Program-made: the position numbers and the translations under genes | Assembly: GCA_046598045.1 (NCBI GenBank) | Contig: JBKJJJ010000205.1 | Span: 1 to 23,746, forward strand | Reading direction: 5' to 3' | DNA: 23,746 nucleotides | DNA from: Candidatus Eiseniibacteriota bacterium | Lineage (GTDB): Bacteria > Eisenbacteria > RBG-16-71-46 > DASYSL01 | Notes under the pieces: generated by a model | The model's input: the letters and a program-made list of their open reading frames with translations, nothing else | The model's database searches: none | Told to the model about the DNA's origin: nothing | In this document: piece by piece, positions 14,842 through 23,746 of the stretch | Numbering within the stretch: position 1 is the stretch's first letter | Layout of the letters: each line of letters begins with the position of its first letter

Positions 14842-15560
14842 ACGCCAACCCGCTGCAAGGGCAATGCGCGATCGTGACCGGCGCCTCGAAGGGCATCGGC
14901 CGCGCGGTCGCGCTCGCGCTGGCGGAGGCGGGAAGTGACGTCGTGCTCGCCGCGCGCTCGCAGGCGGAGCTCGACGCGGTGGCGCGCGAGGCCACTGCCC
15001 GCGGCCGCGCCGCGCTCGCCGTCCCGACCGACGTGCGCGACGCCGGGCAGGTCGAGGCCCTGGTCGCGCGCGCACTCGAGCGCTTTGGGCGCGTGGACAC
15101 GCTGGTCAACAACGCCGGGCTCGGCTGGTTCGGGCCGGTGGACGAGTTGCCGGTCGAGAAGTTCGACGAAATGGTCGCGGTCAACCTGCGCGGACCGTTC
15201 CTGTGCACGCGCGCGGTGGTGCCGACGATGAAGCGGCAGGGTTCGGGCGCGATCGTCAACGTGGCCTCGGTCGCGGGGCTGGTGGGCAATCCGAACCTTT
15301 CGGGCTACAATGCCACGAAGTTCGGACTGATGGGGTTCAGCGAGTCGACGATGCTCGAGCTTCGCCAGGCGGGCATCAAGGTGGCGGTGATCTGCCCCGG
15401 CTCGACGGCGACCGACTTCGGAAGTGGACAAGACATGCCGGGCAAGCTGGCCGCGGACGACGTGGCCGCGGCGATCCTGGCGATCCTGACCGCCGCGCCC
15501 AACGCGCTGCTGTCGCAGATTCATCTGAGGCCCCTGCGCCCGCCTCGCGCACGGAGTTAG
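14838..15560 (+). CDS. Short-chain dehydrogenase/reductase (classical SDR)
   Basis: TGASKGIG, NNAG, VASVAG, YNATK, CPG. Start is uncertain; a CTG overlapping the upstream TGA is proposed. Confidence 0.92.
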   Translation: MNANPLQGQCAIVTGASKGIGRAVALALAEAGSDVVLAARSQAELDAVAREATARGRAALAVPTDVRDAGQVEALVARALERFGRVDTLVNNAGLGWFGPVDELPVEKFDEMVAVNLRGPFLCTRAVVPTMKRQGSGAIVNVASVAGLVGNPNLSGYNATKFGLMGFSESTMLELRQAGIKVAVICPGSTATDFGSGQDMPGKLAADDVAAAILAILTAAPNALLSQIHLRPLRPPRARS

Positions 15561-15615
15561 CGCAAACCGGTCCCAAACCCGCGCCCGCCCGCGCATCGGA
15601 AAGGTCCCTAACCCG

Positions 15616-16473
15616 ATGGCAGGGACGTTCGAGCTGAACGTGGAGAGCGACGGCGTAACTCTGGCCGTTCGTGGTCACGAGGTCATGGATCCGCGGGGTG
15701 TCCTGTTCGTCTCTCCGGGCTTTGCGGAGCATAACGGACGCTACGGGCGGCTCGCGCAGGAGCTGGGCAGCCGGGGCTACTCGACCTACGTCTACGATCC
15801 GCGGGGCCACGGTCGGTCGACCGGCCCGCGTGGGCACACGCCGTCGTGGCGGGCGCTGGTCGAAGATCTCGATCGCGTCATCGCGGCACTCGAATCCCAG
15901 CTGAAGATGCCGCCGAGCCGCGCGCTGCTCGGCGCGAGCATGGGCGGCCTGGTCGCGCTCGACTGGATGCTCGGGCATCGCGGCCGTATGGGCGGGCTCG
16001 CGCTGACGGGGCCGTTCTTCCGCTCTGCGTTCGCGCCGCCGATCTGGAAGGTCGCGCTGGCACAGACCGTCGGCGCGGCGCTGCCGTCGTTCGGCCAGCC
16101 CACCGGGCTCAAGGGCCGGGACATGTCGCAGGACCTGGTCGTCGCGGCGCAGTACGACGCCGATCCCCGGATGACGCGTGTCATGTCCGCACGCTATTTC
16201 CACGAATACCAGGGCGCGCAGAAGCGCCTCGCGAGCACGGCGGCGTCCGTCGACTTCCCCGTGCTCGTGCAGCACGGCGGCGCGGATCCGATCTCAAGCC
16301 CCGAGGCGGCGGCGCGTTGGGCGCAGGCCGTGCCCCGGCCGTGGTGTGAGTGGACGATCTACCAGGGCATGAAGCACGAGGTGCTGAACGAGTTCGAGCG
16401 CGGCCGGGTGGTCTCGGACCTGATGTACTGGCTCGATCGGCACGTGCTCGCGCACGCGCACCCGGGGCCATGA
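15616..16473 (+). CDS. Alpha/beta hydrolase (lysophospholipase/monoacylglycerol lipase-like)
   Basis: GFAEHNGRY, DPRGHGRS, nucleophile elbow GASMGG, HGGADP, HEVLNE. Confidence 0.9.
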   Translation: MAGTFELNVESDGVTLAVRGHEVMDPRGVLFVSPGFAEHNGRYGRLAQELGSRGYSTYVYDPRGHGRSTGPRGHTPSWRALVEDLDRVIAALESQLKMPPSRALLGASMGGLVALDWMLGHRGRMGGLALTGPFFRSAFAPPIWKVALAQTVGAALPSFGQPTGLKGRDMSQDLVVAAQYDADPRMTRVMSARYFHEYQGAQKRLASTAASVDFPVLVQHGGADPISSPEAAARWAQAVPRPWCEWTIYQGMKHEVLNEFERGRVVSDLMYWLDRHVLAHAHPGP

Positions 16474-16994
16474 GCGGCTCCGCGCTGCTCGTGATCGATG
16501 CCCAGCGCAACATGTTCGAGGTCGAACCCGGCGTGCACGAGGGGCTCGAGCTGCTCGGCAAGATCTCCGGGCTGATCGGCCGCGCGCGCGAGGCCGGCGC
16601 CCCCGTGATCTTCGTGCGCAACAGCGGCGCCGCCGGCGACCCCGACGAGCGCGGCGTCCCGGGCTGGGAACTCACCTCCGCATTGCCCCGCCTCTCCGCC
16701 GAGCCGATCGTCGACAAGCTCAAGTCCGATGCCTTCGACGGCACGAACCTCAATGCCCTTTTGCGCGCGCGCGGCGTCCGGCGCGTCGTGGTGTGTGGCC
16801 TGCAGAGCGAGTTCTGCATCGCGGCCACGTCGCGGGGGGCGAAGGCGCGCGGCTACGAGGTCGCGCTCGTTTCCGACGCGCACTCGACGTTCGACGGGCC
16901 GGGCGCAACGGCGGTCGAGATCATCGCGCGCGAGAACGCCGCGCTCGCCGACGTGGCGGATGTCATCCCAGGGTTCGCGCTGAAGTTCGATTAG
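16470..16994 (+). CDS. Isochorismatase-like cysteine hydrolase
   Basis: ALLVIDAQ, K..SDAFDGT, GLQSEFCI, DAHST. ATGA overlap. Confidence 0.9.
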   Translation: MSGSALLVIDAQRNMFEVEPGVHEGLELLGKISGLIGRAREAGAPVIFVRNSGAAGDPDERGVPGWELTSALPRLSAEPIVDKLKSDAFDGTNLNALLRARGVRRVVVCGLQSEFCIAATSRGAKARGYEVALVSDAHSTFDGPGATAVEIIARENAALADVADVIPGFALKFD

Positions 16995-17011
16995 GCTCTC
17001 CGTGGAGAGCC
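16994..17011. terminator. Hairpin between convergent operons
   Basis: GGCTCTC-CGTG-GAGAGCC. No U-tract on either side. Confidence 0.4.
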
Positions 17012-17030
17012 CTCGTCAACTGCACCCGCG

Positions 17031-17471
17031 TTAGCCGCGGACCCGCGCGACGATCACGCCGAGACAGGCGTCCTGCACCACCCGGATGCCGGCCTCGGCG
17101 AGGCGGAGCGCGGCGGCCTCGTGGCGGATCCCGCTCTGCAGCCAGACCACTTCGGGCCTGGCAGGAAGCGCGAGGATCTCGTCCACGAGCGCGGGAATGC
17201 GCTCCGGCCGACGGAACACGTCGATCAGGTCGAACGCGGCGGGCACGTCGGCGAGGCGCGCGTAGGCGGTGCGATCGAGCGCGCGCGCGATCGTCGGGTT
17301 GACGGGGATCACCTCGATGCCGCGCTCGATCAGCATGCGCGGGATCGCGCACGCGGGCTCCCACGAGCGCGTCTCGTCCTTCATGCCGACCACCGCGACC
17401 ACGCGCGCGGCCCGCGCGACCGCCGCGATCTCCGCGTCCGATTCGAGCAGGTTCGGGTGCCGCGCGCTCAT
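17031..17471 (-). CDS. CoA-binding domain protein (YccU-like)
   Basis: VAVVG, VIPVNP, AYARLADVP, DLIDVFR, VWLQSGI, AGIRVVQDAC. ATGA overlap with the glpK stop. Confidence 0.9.
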   Translation of the reverse strand: MSARHPNLLESDAEIAAVARAARVVAVVGMKDETRSWEPACAIPRMLIERGIEVIPVNPTIARALDRTAYARLADVPAAFDLIDVFRRPERIPALVDEILALPARPEVVWLQSGIRHEAAALRLAEAGIRVVQDACLGVIVARVRG

Positions 17472-19006
17472 CGCCGGCTCCGCTCGTGCCCGCGCGCGGG
17501 TCGTGCCGCCGCGCGCACGGCCTCGACCGCGCGCCGCCAGTCCGCCAACCGGCGTTCGCGCTCGCCGCGCGCCATCGTCGGGCGGAAGCGCTTGCTCACG
17601 CGGCGTGCCGCCGCGAACGCGCCGCGCCAGCCGAACGCGCGTGCTGCGAGCAGCCCGGCACCGAGCGCGGTGGTTTCGATCATCGCGGGCCGCGCGACCG
17701 GCAGGCCGAGCGCGTCGGCCTGGAGTTGCATGAGCAGGTTGTTCGCGGACGCTCCGCCGTCGACCCGCAGCTCGCGCGGCCGCGGCGCGCCGTCCTCGAT
17801 CACGGCGTCGAGCAGGTCGCGGGATTGCCAGGCGATCGCATCGAGCACCGCGCGCGCGAGGTGGCCGCGCCCGGCGCCGCGCGTGAGGCCGAGCCACGCC
17901 CCGCGCGCCTCCGAGTCCCAGTGCGGGGCGCCGAGGCCGACGAATGCGGGCACGAAGTGCGTGCCGAGCGCGTCCGGCACCGAGGCCGCGAGCGCCTCGA
18001 CGTCGACGGTCGCGTCGATCACGCCCAGCGCATCGCGCAGCCACTGCACCGCCGCGCCCGCGATGAACACCGAACCCTCGAGCGCGTACGCCGGGCCGCC
18101 GTCCTCGGCGCACGCGACGGTCGTGATCAGCCCGTGGCGCGACGCGACACGCTTCGCCCCCGTGAAGGCCATCAGGAAACACCCGGTGCCGTACGTGTTC
18201 TTGACCGCGCCGGGCGTGACACAGCCCTGTCCGTAGAGCGCCGCCTGCTGATCCCCGGCGACGCCGAGGATCGGCAAGCCGTCCGGCAGCCCGCGCACCC
18301 CGCGCGTCACGCCGAACTCGCCCGAGGATCGACGCACCTCCGGCAGCACGGCGCGCGGGACCTCGAAGAGCTTGAGCAGCGTGTCGTCGAAACCGGCGCT
18401 CGCCAGCCGGTCGCTGCGATAGAGCAACGTGCGCGAGGCGTTCGTCGGGTCGGTGGCGTGCACGCGGCCGCCGGTCATGCGCCAGATCAGCCAGGTATCG
18501 ACGGTGCCGAACGCGAGTTCTCCGTCGGCCGCGCGGCGCGCCGCCCCGCGCACGTGCCGCATCAGCCAGGTCAGCTTCGTCCCCGAGAAGTAGGGATCGA
18601 GCAGGAGTCCGGTCTGGCGGCGGATCGTGGGCTCGTGGCCGGCCTTGCGCAGTGCGGCGCAAAGGTCGGCGGTGCGGCGGCACTGCCACACGATCGCCTT
18701 GTGCACGGGCTTGCCGGTTCGGCGCGACCACAGGAGCGTGGTCTCACGCTGGTTGGTCAGCCCGATCGCAGCCACGCGGTGCGCGACGTCCTTCGCCGAG
18801 CGCAGCCCGGCATCGGCGAGCGCGGCGCGCGCCGCGGCGAACGTCGCCTGGGCCAGGTCCTCCGGCTCGTGCTCGACCCAGCCCGGGTGCGGGTAGTGCT
18901 GCGGGATCTCGCGGTAGCCGCGGCCGCGCACGCGACCGGTGCGGTCGAGCAAGAGCGCGGTCGCGCCGGTCGTGCCCTCGTCGAGGGCGAGGATGTAGGG
19001 ATTCAT
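17468..19006 (-). CDS. glpK: Glycerol kinase
   Basis: LDEGTTG, TNQRETT, AIVWQCRRT, DPYFSGTK, TDPTNASRT, GDQQAALYGQ, KNTYGTGCF, YALEGSVF, ETTALGA. Confidence 0.97.
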   Translation of the reverse strand: MNPYILALDEGTTGATALLLDRTGRVRGRGYREIPQHYPHPGWVEHEPEDLAQATFAAARAALADAGLRSAKDVAHRVAAIGLTNQRETTLLWSRRTGKPVHKAIVWQCRRTADLCAALRKAGHEPTIRRQTGLLLDPYFSGTKLTWLMRHVRGAARRAADGELAFGTVDTWLIWRMTGGRVHATDPTNASRTLLYRSDRLASAGFDDTLLKLFEVPRAVLPEVRRSSGEFGVTRGVRGLPDGLPILGVAGDQQAALYGQGCVTPGAVKNTYGTGCFLMAFTGAKRVASRHGLITTVACAEDGGPAYALEGSVFIAGAAVQWLRDALGVIDATVDVEALAASVPDALGTHFVPAFVGLGAPHWDSEARGAWLGLTRGAGRGHLARAVLDAIAWQSRDLLDAVIEDGAPRPRELRVDGGASANNLLMQLQADALGLPVARPAMIETTALGAGLLAARAFGWRGAFAAARRVSKRFRPTMARGERERRLADWRRAVEAVRAAARPARGHERSRR

Positions 19007-20445
19007 CGTGCCGCCTCCTCCAGGATGCGCGCCTCGGCGTCCAGTCGGGTGGTGACGCCGGCGATCTCCGCCGCGCGCCGCGCGTCGCTCCAGCCGAGCC
19101 GCTCCACCATCCAGCCCGCGATCGTGGGCGCTGCCGCGCGCGTCGCACCACTGTCGAGCCAGAGCGGGCTGCGCCTCAGGATCACGTCCTCGAGCGTGGT
19201 TGCGAAGCGGCGCGCGATCGCGTCCTCCACGTCGGCGCGCGCCAATACGGGCGGTTCCGCCCCGTGGCGCCACGGATTTTCCCCGGGCGCGAGCGGCGTG
19301 ATCGCGGTCGCGCACGGCGGGGTTTTCCTGGCCAGGCGCTCGACGGCGAGGTCCACGGCGCGTTCGGCGAGATGGCGCGCGGTCGTGAACTTGCCGCCGA
19401 CGAGGGAGATCATGCCTCGCTCCTCGACCACGCGCGCCTCGCGGGTGTTGTTCCACGGCACCGGATCGTTCGCGCGCACGAGCGGGCGCAGCCCGGCGAA
19501 GGCGCGGACGGTCGAGCGCGCGGGGTCGGGGGCGTCGGGCCATCTCCGGGCGATCTCGTCCCACAGGTAACGGAGCTCGGCGGCCGACGGCGCGACGTCG
19601 TCGGGCGCTCCCTGATCGTCCTGATCCGTGGTGCCGACGAGCGACCAGCGCCCCCACGGCAGCACGAAGATCACCCGCCGGTCCCGGGCGGCGAACAGCA
19701 GCAGGGGATGCGCGGTCAGGCGCGGGAGGACGACGTGCGTGCCGCGGGTCCGGCGCAACGTCTCGGGCCCCGGGATCCCGGCGCGCGCGCGCAACGCGTC
19801 GGCCCAGGGGCCGGCCGCGTTCACCACCAGGCGGGTCTCGACCACGTCGTCTCCGCCTGCGAGACGCGCGCGCCAGGTGCCGGACGCGTCCGCGCGGCGC
19901 TCGAGGGCGAGGACCTCGGTGCGCGTGCGGATGGTCGCGCCAGACGCAGCCGCCGAGACGGCGTTCGCGACCACGAGGCCGGCATCGTCCATCTGCGCAT
20001 CGGGGAATTGCGCCGCTCCGAGCAGGCCCTCGCGCGGCAGTGCGGGCTCGACGGCGAGCGCCTCGGCCGCACCGTATTCCCGGTGGCCGGGCATGCGATG
20101 TGCGCCTGAGAGCGTGTCGTACAGCCACAGCCCGGCGCGGATCCACGAGCGCGGCCGCTTGTCCGAGCGATAGAACGGCAGCAGGAATTCGACGGGGCGC
20201 ACCAGCGCCGGCGCGGTCGCGAGCAGGATGGCGCGCTCGCGCAAGGCCTCGCGCACGAGGCCGACCTGCCCGGACTCGAGGTAGCGGATGCCGCCGTGGA
20301 TGAGCTTGGAGGAGCGCGACGACGTGCCCGAGGCGAGATCGTCCTTCTCGACCAGCGTGACCGAGAGTCCGCGCATCGCGGCATCGCGCGCGACCGCGGC
20401 GCCGTGGATGCCGCCTCCGATCACCAGCAGGTCGACGGTCGGCAT
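19003..20445 (-). CDS. glpD: FAD-dependent glycerol-3-phosphate dehydrogenase/oxidase
   Basis: DLLVIGGGIHG, GTSSRSSKLIHGGIRYL, VNAAGPW, GTTD, AGLRPL, GGKFTTAR. Adjacent to glpK. Confidence 0.95.
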   Translation of the reverse strand: MPTVDLLVIGGGIHGAAVARDAAMRGLSVTLVEKDDLASGTSSRSSKLIHGGIRYLESGQVGLVREALRERAILLATAPALVRPVEFLLPFYRSDKRPRSWIRAGLWLYDTLSGAHRMPGHREYGAAEALAVEPALPREGLLGAAQFPDAQMDDAGLVVANAVSAAASGATIRTRTEVLALERRADASGTWRARLAGGDDVVETRLVVNAAGPWADALRARAGIPGPETLRRTRGTHVVLPRLTAHPLLLFAARDRRVIFVLPWGRWSLVGTTDQDDQGAPDDVAPSAAELRYLWDEIARRWPDAPDPARSTVRAFAGLRPLVRANDPVPWNNTREARVVEERGMISLVGGKFTTARHLAERAVDLAVERLARKTPPCATAITPLAPGENPWRHGAEPPVLARADVEDAIARRFATTLEDVILRRSPLWLDSGATRAAAPTIAGWMVERLGWSDARRAAEIAGVTTRLDAEARILEEAAR

Positions 20446-20465
20446 GGGCGACTCCGGCGGTCCGT

Positions 20466-21050
20466 CTAGAAGTGGAGTTTCTCGAACCAGCGCTCGCCGC
20501 GCAACACGAGCCACGATCCGATCCCGCCGAGCAGGTACCCGCTCAGCACGTCGGTCGGGAAGTGCCGGCCGAGATAGATGCGCGACAGCCCGATCCACAG
20601 CGCGCAGAACCAGGCCAGCCAGCCGAGCCGCCCGTGGCGCTTGGCGACCAGCACCGCGACCGCGGCGGCGCCCACCGCGTGCGCCGAGGGGAACGACGAA
20701 TTGCGCCGGTCGGTCGAGCCGTCGGGGCGCTCGCGATTGACCAGCCACTTGGTGGCGGCCGCGATCCCGCCCGAGCCGAGGATGCTGACGGCGCACAGCT
20801 TGGCCGTGACCTGGGCGGTGGGCGTGCCGAAGAACCCGAAGAACGCGAGGCCGAACAGCCCGGACTTGGTTTCGCCCATTTTCGTGGCGAACTCCATGCC
20901 TTTGTCGAGCCAGGGCGCGCGGTAGGTGTCGTGGATCGCGTGGTAGGCCGTACGGTCGAACGCCTGGCCCTCGCCGGTCTGGAGCGCCCAGTAGTCGGCG
21001 GCGAAGAGCGCGAGGATCAGGAGGCCGGTCAGCACGGGGCGCACGCTCAC
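20466..21050 (-). CDS. PAP2-family membrane phosphatase
   Basis: KWLVNRERP, SFPSAH, SRIYLGRHFPTDV. Confidence 0.92.
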   Translation of the reverse strand: MSVRPVLTGLLILALFAADYWALQTGEGQAFDRTAYHAIHDTYRAPWLDKGMEFATKMGETKSGLFGLAFFGFFGTPTAQVTAKLCAVSILGSGGIAAATKWLVNRERPDGSTDRRNSSFPSAHAVGAAAVAVLVAKRHGRLGWLAWFCALWIGLSRIYLGRHFPTDVLSGYLLGGIGSWLVLRGERWFEKLHF

Positions 21051-21244
21051 TCCTCCTCGAAGTGGATCACGCCCACCGGGCAGTCGATCGTCGCCTGGCG
21101 GATCTCCTCCTCGTGCGCGTCGAGGTCGGCATCGGGACGCGCCCAGCAGTGATCATCCTCGAGCACGAAGACCTCGGGGCTGATCTCCGGGCACAGGTTG
21201 CACAGGATGCAACCGTCCTCGACCCAGACTTTCGTCAGGCCCAT
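21047..21244 (-). CDS. Single-cluster [4Fe-4S]-type ferredoxin (65 aa)
   Basis: CILCNLC-PEISPEVF...CPVGVI, acidic. GTGA overlap with the PAP2 gene. Confidence 0.9.
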   Translation of the reverse strand: MGLTKVWVEDGCILCNLCPEISPEVFVLEDDHCWARPDADLDAHEEEIRQATIDCPVGVIHFEEE

Positions 21245-21382
21245 GGCGCGCGATCCATCGTCATTCCTCGGTGCACGGGAGGGAGCGAATCGGCGGACCC
21301 GAGGGCCCGCCGCGTGGTGCGCATGATGCGAGCCTGCCGCCGGGCGTGCAAGTGGATTGCGCACTTGCGACTCGCGGCGACC

Positions 21383-21411
21383 TTGATCCTTTGGGCCATC
21401 CGGCCGACAAT
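21383..21411 (+). promoter_or_regulatory. Putative sigma70 promoter giving a leaderless CDF transcript
   Basis: TTGATC-N17-GACAAT-N6-ATG, with no SD. Confidence 0.5.
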
Positions 21412-21417
21412 CCAGAC

Positions 21418-22323
21418 ATGCACGCCCACGCCTCCTCGCAACGCGCGCTCGCGATCGTGCTCGCGCTCAACACGCTCACGCTGCTGGTCGAGCTCGTGGC
21501 CGGCTGGTGGACAAACAGCCTCGCGCTGTGGTCCGACGCGGGCCACATGCTCGGCGACGTCGGCGCGATCGCGCTCTCACTCGCGGCGGCGCGGCTGGCG
21601 GCGCGCCCGCCCTCGCCCGAGAAAACGTGGGGCTGGCACCGCGGCGAGATCCTGGCCGCGCTCGTCAACGGCGTCACGCTCGTGGTCATCGCCGCGCTGG
21701 TCGCGATGGAGGGCCTGCGCCGACTGGCCGCGCCCCCGGCGGTCCCGGGCCTCACCGTGGCCGTGGTCGCGTTCGCCGGCCTCGTGGTGAACCTGCTGAG
21801 CGTGGCGGTGCTGGCGCGCGGCGCGGGGCAGGACTTGAACCGACGGGGCGCCTATCTGCACGCCCTGTCCGACGCGCTGGGCTCGCTCGGTGCGCTCGCC
21901 GCGGGCGTTGCGATGGCACAATTCGGGTGGTGGCTCGCGGACCCGCTCGCCAGCCTGTTCATCGCATTGCTCGTGCTGATTGCCGGCCTCCGCCACCTGC
22001 GCGACACGGTGCACGTCCTGATGGAGGGCGCCCCGGCCACGATCCAGGTCGACCGGCTGCGGGCCGCGATGGAGGGCGCCGAGGGCGTGCGCGCGGTGCA
22101 CGACCTCCATGTGTGGAGCGTGACGTCGCGCTTCGCCGTGCTCTCGGCCCACGTGGTGACCGGTCCCGCGACCTCGCTCGCCGACGCGCAGACCGTGCTC
22201 GCGCGCCTGCGCACGCTGCTCGCGCGCGACTTCGCGATCGAGCACGCCACGCTCCAGGTCGAGCCCGAGGAACGGGTGTGCGACCCCTGCGACGAGCCGG
22301 CCGAAAAATCCGGGATCGCCTGA
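21418..22323 (+). CDS. Cation diffusion facilitator (CzcD/ZitB-like Zn/Co/Cd efflux)
   Basis: SLALWSDAGHMLGD, TWGWHRGEILAALVNG, AYLHALSDALGS, VHDLHVWS, IEHATLQVE. Confidence 0.95.
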   Translation: MHAHASSQRALAIVLALNTLTLLVELVAGWWTNSLALWSDAGHMLGDVGAIALSLAAARLAARPPSPEKTWGWHRGEILAALVNGVTLVVIAALVAMEGLRRLAAPPAVPGLTVAVVAFAGLVVNLLSVAVLARGAGQDLNRRGAYLHALSDALGSLGALAAGVAMAQFGWWLADPLASLFIALLVLIAGLRHLRDTVHVLMEGAPATIQVDRLRAAMEGAEGVRAVHDLHVWSVTSRFAVLSAHVVTGPATSLADAQTVLARLRTLLARDFAIEHATLQVEPEERVCDPCDEPAEKSGIA

Positions 22324-22499
22324 TTCGGTCCGCTTTGCCGAACCGATGACCCGCACTGTTTCATCTTGAAACCGTTCGTGCCAATTGGGCAGAGCACGCT
22401 CCATCCCGCCTGCCAATTCCACCCCTTGAGAAAGAATTCACGAGCGTAATCCCCTGTCATCGGACATCTTACCTGTGTGCCATCGATGGAGTTCTGGCT

Positions 22500-22526
22500 A
22501 TGGCATTCCAGCGACAAGAGTGCCAG
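22500..22526 (+). promoter_or_regulatory. CIRCE-like operator (HrcA binding)
   Basis: ATGGCATTC-N9-GAGTGCCAG versus consensus TTAGCACTC-N9-GAGTGCTAA, upstream of groES. Confidence 0.8.
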
Positions 22527-22656
22527 ACTCTGCGATCGAGCCTTGCCTGCGGCGCCACCTCCCGCATGACAGCCTGCGCGCCGCGGGCCGGTATCACCCC
22601 GAACAACATCGACCCCGGAGGTCCCTGGGACCCCGTCTGCAACGAGGAGAAAGCTC

Positions 22657-23746
<1,090 letters not shown>

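Noticed and set aside
17031..20796. Apparent long N-terminal extensions or fusions of the CoA-binding protein, GlpK and GlpD
   Set aside because: These are stop-free off-frame reads through the upstream genes. ATGA overlaps define the CoA-binding and glpK starts, and the FAD-binding motif fixes the glpD start.

Overview
High-GC (about 70% by eye) bacterial chromosomal segment, densely coding, with no mobile element, CRISPR array, tRNA or rRNA visible. Gene order: HDAC-family deacylase (+), PuuD/DUF989-like membrane protein (-), sodA-ridA (+), a secreted protein with a C2HC zinc-finger motif behind a sigma54-type promoter (+), a 2-TM zinc-ribbon protein (+), an alpha-glucan cluster (secreted double CBM-like protein, glycogen debranching enzyme, GH15; -), an operon of two paralogous lipoproteins, a thiamine-binding-family protein and a degenerate NtrC-like regulator (+), a NYN-S1-S1 fusion followed by SDR, lipase and isochorismatase genes (+), a ferredoxin-PAP2-glpD-glpK-CoA-binding operon (-), a CDF transporter (+), and CIRCE-groES-groEL (+, truncated). 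The most unusual items are: (1) a NYN (PIN-like) nuclease fused to an RpsA D3-D4-like S1 pair; (2) an enhancer-binding protein directly upstream with Glu at the phosphoacceptor site and no GAFTGA, Walker-B Asp or Arg finger; (3) the secreted protein with a classical zinc-finger signature; (4) a 78-nt diverged second copy of part of the GH15 gene in the adjacent intergenic DNA. All family calls come from motif recognition by eye; no searches were run.
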